Positions 48,333-58,450 of a stretch of 64,000 nt of DNA are shown here, one piece after another. The notes beneath the pieces are model-generated. The model was not told where the DNA came from. It searched no databases and saw only the letters and a program-made list of their open reading frames with translations. Within the stretch, counting starts at the first letter, position 1; the number at the start of each line of letters is the position of its first letter. The position numbers and the translations under genes were made by a program. This stretch comes from Spirochaetia bacterium (lineage in GTDB: Bacteria; Spirochaetota; Spirochaetia; CADAEX01), in assembly GCA_963662265.2 (NCBI GenBank), contig CAXXHA010000035.1, positions 1 through 64,000 on the forward strand, given 5' to 3'.

Positions 48333-50075
48333 TCAGGTGTTTGATTCTATCCGGTCCCTGCCGTTCTTTTTAGCTATATACAGCGCCTTATCCGCCCTTG
48401 CGAAAAGTTTTTCCGCATCTTCCCCTTTTCTGCGGAGCGCAAGGCCTCCGCTTGCTGTCTGTATTCTGCCTCTCATGCAGTCTGAAAAATCAATTGATTT
48501 AATCTGCTTTCTTATTCTCTCTGCTGCAGCAAGGGCATTTTCACTGTTTTCAACAATAAAGAAAACAGCAATTTCCTCTCCCCCGACTCTTACTGCGAAA
48601 TCTCCCGACCTCAGGCAGTTCTGAATTGTCCCTGCAGTCCTTTTAAGTACTATATCACCTGTGTTGTGGCCGTAAGTATCATTAACTGATTTGAAAAAGT
48701 CGAGATCTATCATTAACAGGGCAATTTCTTTTAACAGATCCCTGTCATGATGGGAAAAAATTCTGGGAATTGATTCATTCATGAATGTCCTGTTGTAAAG
48801 ACCTGTCAGTGTATCCTTTATGGAAAGTTCGTAAAATATCTGTTTTTCACTGTCGATTTTCTGCTGGATAAGTTCTCTTTCTACAGCAATGCAGAGAGGC
48901 TGTGTTATCTGGGTAAGTATATTCTGCGTTTCCCCGTCCAGGATAATTTTTTCTGATAATCCGATTAATGCAAATGCAAATATTTCTTCGTTTTCCTGAT
49001 ATTTCAGGGGAAGGGCAATTGTAAAATTCCTGTTATCCAGGATGTAGTATTTTTGATTATAATTCTGTTGTGAGTTTTCATATATATTCAGTATATTTTC
49101 ATCCGGTGTGTATGAAGTTTTCCTGTACCCGGTTTCCTCTTCAAGTTTCTGCCATATTCCCTCTTCTGTGAATATCAGGAATTTAAGGTCAATTGCCGGT
49201 ATTATCTGCTTAATATGCTTGAGAAGCTGTTTTGCTGTTGTATTGAAATCCCTGTGAAAAATAAGTGTCTTCATGAAATCGTTCATAAACTGGTGCAGTT
49301 TTGACAGTTTTCTTATTTCCGTATTTGTCTGAGTAAGAAGATATAAGCCGCAGTCAAGATCCTTGAGGTGATCAAGAATAAAGGGAACAAGATTTTCTTC
49401 TATTATTGAGCCATGCTGGGGAAGAATCCTCTTAACAGGAAGTTTCTGGAATTTTGTAACAGCAGATGCCAGTATTTCCCTGGATGGCATATAATGCTCA
49501 TGAAAAAGTTTTATTGATTCCAGGTATGATTCATTCTCTGCAAAAAGTGAAAAACCGTCAGTAAAACCCCCTGCTATATCGCTTGAAAATAGTGAGCCTG
49601 TTTCAGTGTCGAAAGAACAGAATGCTCCCGGGAAATGGAGGTAGGGTGTGAATATGAATTCCAGTTTTCGCCCCCCCGCATCAATATGCCAGTTCATTTC
49701 TTCAACACACTTAAGCGGCATTTTTAGATCAAGGTGCTTAAGAAGCGCAATTGCTCTCCAGTGGCTGAGTATGACTGAATCGTTTCTTGTATTCAGGCGG
49801 TCTATTATATCGAGAGCCCCAGTTATGTCGGGATCCTGGTGATGCACTACAAAATAGCGTATATTGGAGAAAGGTATTATCTGCTCAATTTTTTTAAGTG
49901 TGTATTTGAAAGTCAGACGGGACCCCGGGTCAAACAGTATTGATTCTGAGCCGTTTTCCAGAAGATAGCAGTGACATTGGAATGGGTCATTTTCAAGATA
50001 GTGGCCAACCCACCAGATTTTATCTGTTATGTTTACAGGTTTGTTGTAGTCAATTGATGAGATATTACGTTTCAT
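48333..50075 (-). CDS. diguanylate cyclase with N-terminal MBL-fold di-iron (ODP-like) domain
   Basis: HHQDPD, PYLHFPG, LFSSD, PQHG; C-terminal DTLTGLYNR, DLDFFKSVNDTYGH..GD, RSGD I-site, GGEEI; ATG 50075 more plausible than 50219. Confidence 0.88.
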   Translation of the reverse strand: MKRNISSIDYNKPVNITDKIWWVGHYLENDPFQCHCYLLENGSESILFDPGSRLTFKYTLKKIEQIIPFSNIRYFVVHHQDPDITGALDIIDRLNTRNDSVILSHWRAIALLKHLDLKMPLKCVEEMNWHIDAGGRKLEFIFTPYLHFPGAFCSFDTETGSLFSSDIAGGFTDGFSLFAENESYLESIKLFHEHYMPSREILASAVTKFQKLPVKRILPQHGSIIEENLVPFILDHLKDLDCGLYLLTQTNTEIRKLSKLHQFMNDFMKTLIFHRDFNTTAKQLLKHIKQIIPAIDLKFLIFTEEGIWQKLEEETGYRKTSYTPDENILNIYENSQQNYNQKYYILDNRNFTIALPLKYQENEEIFAFALIGLSEKIILDGETQNILTQITQPLCIAVERELIQQKIDSEKQIFYELSIKDTLTGLYNRTFMNESIPRIFSHHDRDLLKEIALLMIDLDFFKSVNDTYGHNTGDIVLKRTAGTIQNCLRSGDFAVRVGGEEIAVFFIVENSENALAAAERIRKQIKSIDFSDCMRGRIQTASGGLALRRKGEDAEKLFARADKALYIAKKNGRDRIESNT

Positions 50076-50234
50076 GAAATAAATTATAGTACAACAGGAA
50101 GTTGAATTGGAAACAGATTTATGACTGATACAGTCAGCCCGGGAATTGCTGTTTTTCTTTTCTGCTGTTATTGTAAGATGCAGGACAGCAGGGGAATATT
50201 GGGGTATTAAATCTGCCATTTTTTTAAAGATAAT

Positions 50235-51137
50235 ATGGTCCCGGATGAGGAGCAGCGGAGGTACAGCATTAAAAGCAGTCTTAAAGGAAATTTACTTGTA
50301 TTGTCAGGAGCTGTGTTCTGGGGAACGACCGGTACTTCCCAGGCTCTTATTCCCGGCACTCCCGATCCTCTTTCAGTCGGCGCTGTCCGTGTTATTTCAG
50401 CAGCCCTGTTTCTCTTTGTTTTCAACAGGTTGTTCAGGATCAAATCAGATCTGTCAATTCTGAAATTCAGGGAGACCTGGATTGCTTCTGTATCACTTGT
50501 TCTGTATCAGCTGTTTTTTTTCGCAGGTGTGAAGATGACAGGGATTGCAGTAGGTACTGTCCTTATGCTCGGAAGCTCAACAGTCTTTGCAGGGGTGCTT
50601 GCTGCAGTTCTGATCAGGGAAATGCCTGAAAAAAAGTGGTACTTATCTTCTCTGATGTCTGTTGCAGGATGTGTTATTCTTCTGGCCGGTACAGGCCTTG
50701 AGCTTAATATGAAGGGTGCTTTCTTTTCTGTCTGTTCCGGTCTGTCATACAGCATGTTTTCTGTTTTATCCAAAAAGGTTCTTGAAAAGCATAAGGCTTC
50801 TGTTTTTATTACGACAGTTTTTATTATCAGTGCATTCCTGTCTGTTCCAATACTTCTATTCAGGAATCCTGTATGGATATTGGATTTTTCAGGTTTGATG
50901 ATTGCCCTTTATCTCGGTTTTTTTGCAACTGCGCTTGCATATTTTCTTTATACAGGGGGATTGAAGCTTACCAAGGCATCTACAGCCGTGACTCTTGCAC
51001 TTGCCGAACCTGCTACTGCCGCGATTCTGGGGATTATGTTTATCGGAGAAAAAGTTACTTTTTTCTCCCTTTCAGGCATAGCAATAATTTTTGCAGGGCT
51101 TGTTTATCTGTCAGCTCCTCTGAAAAGAAAGCAGTAA
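50235..51137 (+). CDS. EamA/DMT transporter
   Basis: WGTTGTSQ, GVKMTGIAVGTV, TLALAEP..A.ILG..IGEK. Confidence 0.9.
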   Translation: MVPDEEQRRYSIKSSLKGNLLVLSGAVFWGTTGTSQALIPGTPDPLSVGAVRVISAALFLFVFNRLFRIKSDLSILKFRETWIASVSLVLYQLFFFAGVKMTGIAVGTVLMLGSSTVFAGVLAAVLIREMPEKKWYLSSLMSVAGCVILLAGTGLELNMKGAFFSVCSGLSYSMFSVLSKKVLEKHKASVFITTVFIISAFLSVPILLFRNPVWILDFSGLMIALYLGFFATALAYFLYTGGLKLTKASTAVTLALAEPATAAILGIMFIGEKVTFFSLSGIAIIFAGLVYLSAPLKRKQ

Positions 51138-51252
51138 ATAGAAAACATGCTTATTCTTGATTCCTGTGTGGTGATTGCATCTGGAAAAGGGAGAAGCAGG
51201 TATTATTCTGCAAAAAATCAATCAACCACCAGCAAAGCAGGTGGCTTTTGCT

Positions 51253-52155
51253 TCAGTAAATAATCTTTCCTGTAAAGTCCAGGGCCTCGGGGTATGTCAT
51301 CCCCTTTGTTGCCTCGTATATGGAATTCTCTTTTATTTCATTATCCTCGTTAAACATTATTACAGGATTTTTTATGAGGGAATAAATCCTTTTTCTGCTG
51401 TATTCCTTTTCTGTGAGGTATTTGAAAAATGAGATATTCAAGGGGTCCTTTTTTTCGCTGTTATAAAGATATTCAAGACCGTCAAGAATCTGTTCAAAAG
51501 GGCCTCTTGTAAAGTGAAAAACTCTTTCAGGGGGATGTTTCGGGTCAATTATCCCTTTTTCCTTCAGTGATGTTTTCATTTCATCGATTATTTTTCTGAA
51601 TTCCGGCCATGGGATTGAAATTCTGAATACCATGACTGCGATATCTGCATGGAGATATTTCCTGTGGAGCAGGGCAGGAAGGTCATAGTTGACTATATAT
51701 GTGTCTTTGTATTTTTTTATGGTATTTCCGTAAATTGAGAAGAAATCCTTATCATCCACCCACAGGTTGAAAAGATCTTCCTCGTTGATGGAGAACTTTC
51801 TTATCGCATCATAGGCTCCGAGTATTTCAGCGTTGTGAAAATCTTCATTGAAATAATTTTCAAAGGATTCAATCATTTTAGGAGTAAAGGCATTTCTTCC
51901 CTCTTCCGCAGCTTTCAGTTTGTGGGAATAATGGTGTTCTATTAAATGCTTTGATTTTATGAATGATCCGGGGTAGTTTGCGAAATATACCATTTTTACA
52001 GAGTCTTCATGTTCCGGGTAATTATATATCACCTTCATGATCGCGCTTTCTGTGTTGACACCGTTTGTTTCAGGCCTCAGGTAAATAAATATATCAGTTG
52101 TTTTCCCTGATGGGTCAGGACCTGCGTAGGGAAGAAGAATGTTCGGTTTTTCCAT
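51253..52155 (-). CDS. hypothetical protein, divergent NDK-like fold suspected
   Basis: FIYLRP, LIEHHY, WPEFR and FHFTRGPFE occur in the order of NDK-family motifs; start taken at MEKPNIL. Confidence 0.55.
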   Translation of the reverse strand: MEKPNILLPYAGPDPSGKTTDIFIYLRPETNGVNTESAIMKVIYNYPEHEDSVKMVYFANYPGSFIKSKHLIEHHYSHKLKAAEEGRNAFTPKMIESFENYFNEDFHNAEILGAYDAIRKFSINEEDLFNLWVDDKDFFSIYGNTIKKYKDTYIVNYDLPALLHRKYLHADIAVMVFRISIPWPEFRKIIDEMKTSLKEKGIIDPKHPPERVFHFTRGPFEQILDGLEYLYNSEKKDPLNISFFKYLTEKEYSRKRIYSLIKNPVIMFNEDNEIKENSIYEATKGMTYPEALDFTGKIIY

Positions 52156-53065
52156 TTTCTGCAATCCTGTTTTTTTCTCTTTTCTGGACAAGTATTACAC
52201 CTGTAACAGAAAGTATAATCCCTGCTGTTTCTTTTATTGTCGGCACTTCCGAGAGAAAATACCATGCCAGAATTGCAATAAATATAAGCATTGTGCTGCT
52301 TATCATGCTTGATTCAGATGCGGAAAGGTATCTGAGTGTTTTATTCCACAGAGGAAAGGTCAGGCATGTATTTATTATAACCAGAATCATCAGGGAAATA
52401 AAACCTGATGCAGTCAGCATTGTAAAACCTTCGGCAACTGTCCCTGTTATAAACAGGAGAGTGCCGCCTATAAACATGGTTACTGCTGTTATTACCATGG
52501 GAGATGCTTTTCGGGATTTATTGAGATATCTTCCTGTAAGGGATGCGATAATATGGGAAGTAAAGCAGACTGATGCTGCAATATAGCCTGCTGTCTTTCC
52601 GGAGGCGGATGCCAGGGGAAGGAAGTATATGCTGATCCCTGCAATATATATGACAATGCCGCTCCCCTTCATAGGTGTGAGTTTTTCTCCAAGCACTGTT
52701 ATTCCCAGCAGGCTTATAAATACAGGTGAAAAATTCATGAAAAGTGAAACATGATTCGATGGAAGATATGACAGCGCTATGTACTGTCCCCCCTGGGCTG
52801 TCGCATACATTGCAATGCCCAGGATAACAACGACAGGCCATGTCTTCTTTTCAATTGTTTTTACCTCTTTTATCTTTCCTGTCGAGAAACACCATAAGAG
52901 CAGAAAAAGAGATGCAAGGAAATATCTTGCGCCTGCAAAGAAGAGTGGAGGTATATCACTCAGGTTGTTCTTTATGATAATCCATGAAGTTGCCCATATT
53001 ATAACTACGAGAAATGCTTCAGCTATGTTGATTAAGTGCGAGTCTTTTCTATAAGTAAATTTCAT
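52115..53065 (-). CDS. EamA/DMT transporter
   Basis: IWATSW, PPLFFAGARY, LGEKLT, FLSE; about 10 TM segments. Confidence 0.9.
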   Translation of the reverse strand: MKFTYRKDSHLINIAEAFLVVIIWATSWIIIKNNLSDIPPLFFAGARYFLASLFLLLWCFSTGKIKEVKTIEKKTWPVVVILGIAMYATAQGGQYIALSYLPSNHVSLFMNFSPVFISLLGITVLGEKLTPMKGSGIVIYIAGISIYFLPLASASGKTAGYIAASVCFTSHIIASLTGRYLNKSRKASPMVITAVTMFIGGTLLFITGTVAEGFTMLTASGFISLMILVIINTCLTFPLWNKTLRYLSASESSMISSTMLIFIAILAWYFLSEVPTIKETAGIILSVTGVILVQKREKNRIAENGKTEHSSSLRRS

Positions 53066-53354
53066 CGAAAATATAAAAGCATAAAAAGCTATTTAAATCC
53101 ACTGTTTTCAGGCAGGAGTTTTGAAATAAAATTCATTTAATCATTGTGTATGTGTGTTGATTGTTCAGTTGGTGTAAAAACTGTGAGTATTTACACCGGG
53201 ATATTTATAGAGACAGGTTTTTTCTGAAAACAGGATAAATAATGAGGGTTTTCTGATTTATGCGGGGGATGATAAATCCTGATTGGATGCAGTATAAGAA
53301 GGGCTGTCCGCTTAAATGCAGACAGCCCGGATGAAAATATCTTGAGGTCAATAA

Positions 53355-55427
53355 TTAAAAATTCTTTCCGTATTTCCGCCATATCTTGAGTGCTATGCCA
53401 AGCGGCTCAATCATAGGCACTGTATAGGTATGAAAATCCTTCCTGTAGAGGTAATCCCTTATGTTCATTACATATTCAGAAAAACCTCTCGGGGAAACTA
53501 TCATCGGCTTGGTCATTGAATTCTTCAGGTCAACAAGCCTGTCTGCAAGGTATTCAGAAAGGAACGGCACCTGCAGGTACAGTGCAGTTATTATGCTGTC
53601 GACCTGGGGATCTTTATCTATGATTCTGAGAGCTTCGAGCAGCCTGTTGTCATCACAGTCCCCAAGCAGGTCTACAGGGTTTTTCCCGAATGTTTTTTTT
53701 GCCCCTATAAGCTCTCTCAATGCATGTTTTGTCTCATCTGTAAATTCCGCAAGCTTCATTCCGTATTCTGTGATCTGGTCTGCAAGGAGAATTCCTGCTC
53801 CCCCCCCTACAGTTACTATTGCCACCCTGTCGCCGTGTGCCACCGGGTTTGTTGTCAGGAGTGAAAGAACATTTACAAGAATTTTCGGGTCCTCGGTAAG
53901 GTCTTCGATCATATAGAATCCCGCCTGTCTGCAGCATGCCTTGAAAGCCTCAACATTCCCTGCAAGGGATGCTGTGTGTGAAAGAGTCGCTTCGGCACCC
54001 CCTCCGATACCACCCTTTATGATAAATACAGGTTTCTTCTTGGTTACTTTCTTTCCGATTTCCAGAAACTGCTTTCCGTTCTTTATTCCCTCGAGATAGA
54101 TTGCAATTACACTTATGTTGGGATCTTCTCCCATGTGATCAAGGATTTCCGGAAGTCCTACGCCGCTTGCATTCCCGATGGAAACAAGCTTTCCAAGTTT
54201 CATGTTATCTGCCCTCATCATCTCGAGAATCTCAAGGCCGATTCCTCCACTCTGTGAGATTATTCCGATTCCGTTGGGCTCTTCAATAATACTTGATCTG
54301 TGTTCCGGTATGAAAAAAGTGTTCAGCCCTGCAAAATTATTGACAGCTCCCAGGCAGTTCGGCCCGAGGTATGCAACGCCGTATTTTCTGCTTGTTTCAA
54401 CAAGCTTGTCTTCGAGGTCTTTTCTTCCGACTTCTGCGAATCCGTCACTCAGGATAATCGCCCCTTTTCCCCCTTTCTTGCAGAACTCTTCAAAGTCCTT
54501 TACTGTGCCTTCTGCATTTATAATGAAGACACCTACATCGGGAGGCTCAGGCAGTTCATCAATATTTTTATAGCACTTCAGCCCCTGCACATAGTCCCTG
54601 TGGGGATTTACCGGGTACAGTTTTTTTATCCTCATACAGTTTTTGAGAATAATTCCCCCCATGGTCCCCGGACGGGATGCCCCGAAGACAGCAACAGATT
54701 CCGGGTTCAGCACTTTTTCAAGGCTTGCCCTTACATCGGCTGGTATTTCAGAGAAATTTTCTTTGAAAACAGGTTCTCCCTTGATGATTCTGGCATCAAC
54801 AAGAGCATATCCCTCCCTGTAAAGTACGACCGGGTTGAGGTCTATCTCCAGTATTTCCGGGTTTTCCGCCATCAGCCTTGATATGTTTCTGGCAATTGCA
54901 ATGATTGCTTTTTTGTCAAGATTTTCTCCCCTGTAGCCGTCTATTATTTTTCCAGCCCTGGTGAGTGAGAGCATTTCCTCCAAATCGCTGTCTTCAAGAA
55001 GGCCTATTCCGGGGGCTGTGTCTGCAAGCAGTTCCACGTATTTTCCTCCGGAACCTACTATTATAAGAGGTCCGAAAACCGGGTCCTGATGTGCCCCGAC
55101 AAGGACTTCAAAACCTGATGACGCCATTTTCTGTATAAGGAATTCCTCCGGTTCTGAGTAGCCGGCATTTACTGCATTTCTTACAATACTGTCTCTGGCT
55201 TCAATAAGGGACTCTTTGTCTTTTATATTCAGGATAACTGCCCCGATATCTGATTTATGAACAATCTCCTCGGCATGGGCTTTTAATACAACAGGGTATC
55301 CCAGTTTTTTCGCAGCATTTATCAGGGAACTTTCATCAGAGGCAGCTATATCTCCTGATACATCAATTTTATAGTTTTCCAGAAGTTTTTTTGTCGCTGA
55401 AAAATCAATTTGTTTTCTGTCAGGCAT
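53355..55427 (-). CDS. ADP-forming acetate/acyl-CoA ligase, fused with the ATP-grasp part first
   Basis: N-terminal GYPVVLK..HKSDIGAV, DPVFGP, DLNPV, VDAR; then CoA-binding AVFGAS, GPNCLG, ISQSGG, SHTASLAG (phospho-His), NPVD. Confidence 0.9.
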   Translation of the reverse strand: MPDRKQIDFSATKKLLENYKIDVSGDIAASDESSLINAAKKLGYPVVLKAHAEEIVHKSDIGAVILNIKDKESLIEARDSIVRNAVNAGYSEPEEFLIQKMASSGFEVLVGAHQDPVFGPLIIVGSGGKYVELLADTAPGIGLLEDSDLEEMLSLTRAGKIIDGYRGENLDKKAIIAIARNISRLMAENPEILEIDLNPVVLYREGYALVDARIIKGEPVFKENFSEIPADVRASLEKVLNPESVAVFGASRPGTMGGIILKNCMRIKKLYPVNPHRDYVQGLKCYKNIDELPEPPDVGVFIINAEGTVKDFEEFCKKGGKGAIILSDGFAEVGRKDLEDKLVETSRKYGVAYLGPNCLGAVNNFAGLNTFFIPEHRSSIIEEPNGIGIISQSGGIGLEILEMMRADNMKLGKLVSIGNASGVGLPEILDHMGEDPNISVIAIYLEGIKNGKQFLEIGKKVTKKKPVFIIKGGIGGGAEATLSHTASLAGNVEAFKACCRQAGFYMIEDLTEDPKILVNVLSLLTTNPVAHGDRVAIVTVGGGAGILLADQITEYGMKLAEFTDETKHALRELIGAKKTFGKNPVDLLGDCDDNRLLEALRIIDKDPQVDSIITALYLQVPFLSEYLADRLVDLKNSMTKPMIVSPRGFSEYVMNIRDYLYRKDFHTYTVPMIEPLGIALKIWRKYGKNF

Positions 55428-55734
55428 AATCGGATCTCCTTTTTCATCGGATTTAATTGATTCGTTAAAATCTGGTTTAGTCGACAGAATAAATCAGGTT
55501 TAAATCTGCAGTCTGCTGCATTTCCTCTGACTTTAAACCAGCTGATTATGTTTTAAATTTTAGTCTGAAAAGCGCCATAAGTCCACCAAAAAATATTTGC
55601 TTAAAATGTTCAAGAGGCGAATATAAAACAAGAATATGCAGGATAAGAGAATAATATGCGGCCGGAGATTTCCCCGTTATTTTCATTTTTAATATTGATA
55701 TTACATAACTGAAAAATCTCCTTTTCCAAGGGCC

Positions 55735-57069
55735 TTAAGTCTTTAAGACCCTGTGCTTTAATATGTAATAAACTGTAATGACAAGTGTTAGTATTTCCGC
55801 TGCCGGAACTGCCAGCCATATACCTATATTCCCCAGAAATAACGGAAGTAAAAGAATTCCTGCTGCAACAAATATCAGTCCCCTTGAAGAAGCTATAGCT
55901 GCGGATTCACCAGCTTTCTGCACAGATGTGAAATAGGCCGAAGCAGTAATATTGAGTCCTGAAATAAGAAAAGCAAAGCTGAAGTATCTGGCAATTTCAG
56001 TGACAATTGCATCGAGACTGCTTTCCTTTCCTGTAAAGATATGCGCAAGTATATCCGCCTTGATATAAACTGCTGCAAAGAAAATTACTCCTGCTGCAAG
56101 GTTGAAGAAGAGCCCGAGCAGAAACATTTTTCTTATTCTCTCCTTTTTACCGGCTCCGTAACAGAAATTTATTTCAGGCTGGATTGACTGGGCAGATGCG
56201 AAAAATATCATTACTGCAATTATCATTATATAGTTGAATATGCTGAATGCGGAAACACCTTCAGAGCCTATCCTTTTCATAAGCGTGATATTGAAAAGAT
56301 ATGCGGTAATACCGGCCGACATTTCATTTATGAATTCCGATGCACCGTTGTATATAATCCTGAAGACAGATTTCACAGGTATAAGAGGGCTTGTGAACCT
56401 GAACATCGATGCTTTTGAATAAAAAAATGATATCTGGGCAATCCCTGCTGCAAGCTGTGAAATCCCTGTTGCATAGGCTGCTCCTGTAAGCCCGTATCCC
56501 AGTTTCCCGACAAAGAGCCAGTCAAGAAAAATGTTGAGAACTGCTCCTGATGTCAGGATAATAAGTGAAAAGCCGGGAGATCCTGAATTCCTTATAAATG
56601 CGTCAAATGTATATGTAATTACAAGGGGGAGAATGAAATAAAGTATTACTGTAAGGTATTCAGATACATAACTGTTTATATATTTATCTGCTCCCAGGAG
56701 GCTTATAAGCTGTTCTTTGAACAGGAGTCCTGCTGCTGAAAATAATATAGAAAATACAGTTATAACAGTTACTGTTGCACTGAAATACCTGTCCCCCTCT
56801 TCAAGTCTTTTTCCCCCCTTCAACGCTGCTGCTACAGTGCTTCCTCCCATGGCAATCATTACACTTATGCCGAAAGATACGCTGACAAGCGGATATGAGA
56901 GGTTTATGGCAGCTATCCCGTGAGGCCCTACATATCTCCCTACAAATATACCGTCAACTATCCAGGCTGTTGTCATTGCAAGCAGCCCGAAAACCGAAGG
57001 TATGAGGTTTTTTATAAATATTGTAAGTACCCGGTCTCTGCCGGGCCTTACACGTAGATTTAAATTCAT
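55735..57069 (-). CDS. MATE efflux transporter
   Basis: VDGIFVG..IAAINL, LNIFLDWLF..GAAYAT..Q, QPEI..YGA, GIWLA. Confidence 0.92.
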   Translation of the reverse strand: MNLNLRVRPGRDRVLTIFIKNLIPSVFGLLAMTTAWIVDGIFVGRYVGPHGIAAINLSYPLVSVSFGISVMIAMGGSTVAAALKGGKRLEEGDRYFSATVTVITVFSILFSAAGLLFKEQLISLLGADKYINSYVSEYLTVILYFILPLVITYTFDAFIRNSGSPGFSLIILTSGAVLNIFLDWLFVGKLGYGLTGAAYATGISQLAAGIAQISFFYSKASMFRFTSPLIPVKSVFRIIYNGASEFINEMSAGITAYLFNITLMKRIGSEGVSAFSIFNYIMIIAVMIFFASAQSIQPEINFCYGAGKKERIRKMFLLGLFFNLAAGVIFFAAVYIKADILAHIFTGKESSLDAIVTEIARYFSFAFLISGLNITASAYFTSVQKAGESAAIASSRGLIFVAAGILLLPLFLGNIGIWLAVPAAEILTLVITVYYILKHRVLKT

Positions 57070-57201
57070 TCTTTTTGTACTCCTGTTTTGAATTTCAGAT
57101 TCAGAGCTGAAATTCCATGTAATTACTGCTGTTCCGGAAATATGCTTTTTCCTGCAGTCGAAATCCTGTTTCTCAAACTGTAAAAATGTTAAAATGAATA
57201 A

Positions 57202-58305
57202 TCAGAAATTCCGTTTTCCGAGTTTTTTGACATCTTTTATCATCTTTGCAAGGTTTTTTCCTTTTTCCCTTTCAATTTTCACAGCCTGTTCATCCTGTTT
57301 CATCCTCAGGTAATTTACCTCTTTCATCAGGTCGAGGTAGTTTTCATACCTTCTGTATTCAAGTTCCCCCGAGAGAAGAGCCTCCTGCACTGCACAGCCC
57401 GGTTCCCCCTGGTGAGAGCAGTCTTTGTACCTGCAGTTTTGTGCAAACCTGCTTATATCGCTGAAAGTCTCTGAAGTGCTTTCCTCACCTGCCCAGAGCT
57501 GTACCTCTTTAAGGCCGGGAGAATCTATAAGCATTATTCCTGATTCAAGAAGGAAAAGCTCCCTGTGGGTTGTCGTATGCATCCCTTTCAGGTCTCCCTC
57601 TCTCTGTTCTTTTGTTTTCTGAAGCTTCTTCCCTGCAAGGGTATTTATCAGTGTTGATTTTCCAACCCCGGAAGGTCCTGTGAATGCTATTGTTGAACCT
57701 TTCCTGAGTCCCGAAATAAATTCTTCGACTCCTTCTCCTGTCTGTGCGCTTATAAGCAGTATTTCAACACCGGGTGCGCAGTTTTCCGCTTTGAGAAGAG
57801 CTCTTTCCCTGTCATCCTCATCTGCAAGATCTGACTTGTTCAGTATTACAACAGGAACAGCCCCGCTTTCCCATGCAAGGGTAAGGTATCTTTCGAGAGC
57901 CCCTTCGGTGAAATTCCTTCCTCCGTGAATCCCGAATACAAGCCCTATGTAATCTATGTTTGCAGCTATTACCTGCTCCTCGGTTTTTTCACCTGCAGCT
58001 TTCCTTGAAAACCTGCTTTTCCTTTCAATTACCTCCTCGATAATGCAGAAGTCCTCATCCCCCTTCCTGTATAGAACCCAGTCCCCTATAACAGGATAAT
58101 CTGATGAACAGACTGCCCTGTACCTGAATGCGCCTGAAATTTCAGCATTGAGTATTTTCTCTCCTGCGGCTATCTGGTAGAGATGCCTTGTTTCCCTGAT
58201 AACTCTTCCCGGTTCCAGATCCGTGTTTCTGAATCTTTCCATCGAAGCTTCAAATATTTTGTCCCATCCCCATATTTTTAAGTTATTTTTCTTTATATTA
58301 TCCAT
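57202..58305 (-). CDS. rsgA: RsgA/YjeQ-family circularly permuted GTPase
   Basis: OB-fold N-terminus, NKSD, GPSGVGKSTLIN, GMHTTT, DSPG, CRYKDCSH.GEPGCAV zinc finger. Confidence 0.93.
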   Translation of the reverse strand: MDNIKKNNLKIWGWDKIFEASMERFRNTDLEPGRVIRETRHLYQIAAGEKILNAEISGAFRYRAVCSSDYPVIGDWVLYRKGDEDFCIIEEVIERKSRFSRKAAGEKTEEQVIAANIDYIGLVFGIHGGRNFTEGALERYLTLAWESGAVPVVILNKSDLADEDDRERALLKAENCAPGVEILLISAQTGEGVEEFISGLRKGSTIAFTGPSGVGKSTLINTLAGKKLQKTKEQREGDLKGMHTTTHRELFLLESGIMLIDSPGLKEVQLWAGEESTSETFSDISRFAQNCRYKDCSHQGEPGCAVQEALLSGELEYRRYENYLDLMKEVNYLRMKQDEQAVKIEREKGKNLAKMIKDVKKLGKRNF

Positions 58306-58450
58306 CTGTATTTATCCTGTATCATTAAACTGTTTATACAATAATTATTATCTATTCTACAGATTTTACCGTACTTTATAATGCTTTCGAAAATTTTCCG
58401 AAATATTTCTCCTGCCGCCTTTTCTTCCGGCAGATGCCTGAAGACCGCGA

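Noticed and set aside
50076-50219. 48-aa N-terminal extension of the diguanylate cyclase in the ORF track
   Set aside because: Low-quality sequence in the divergent promoter region; the recognisable domain starts after Met at 50075
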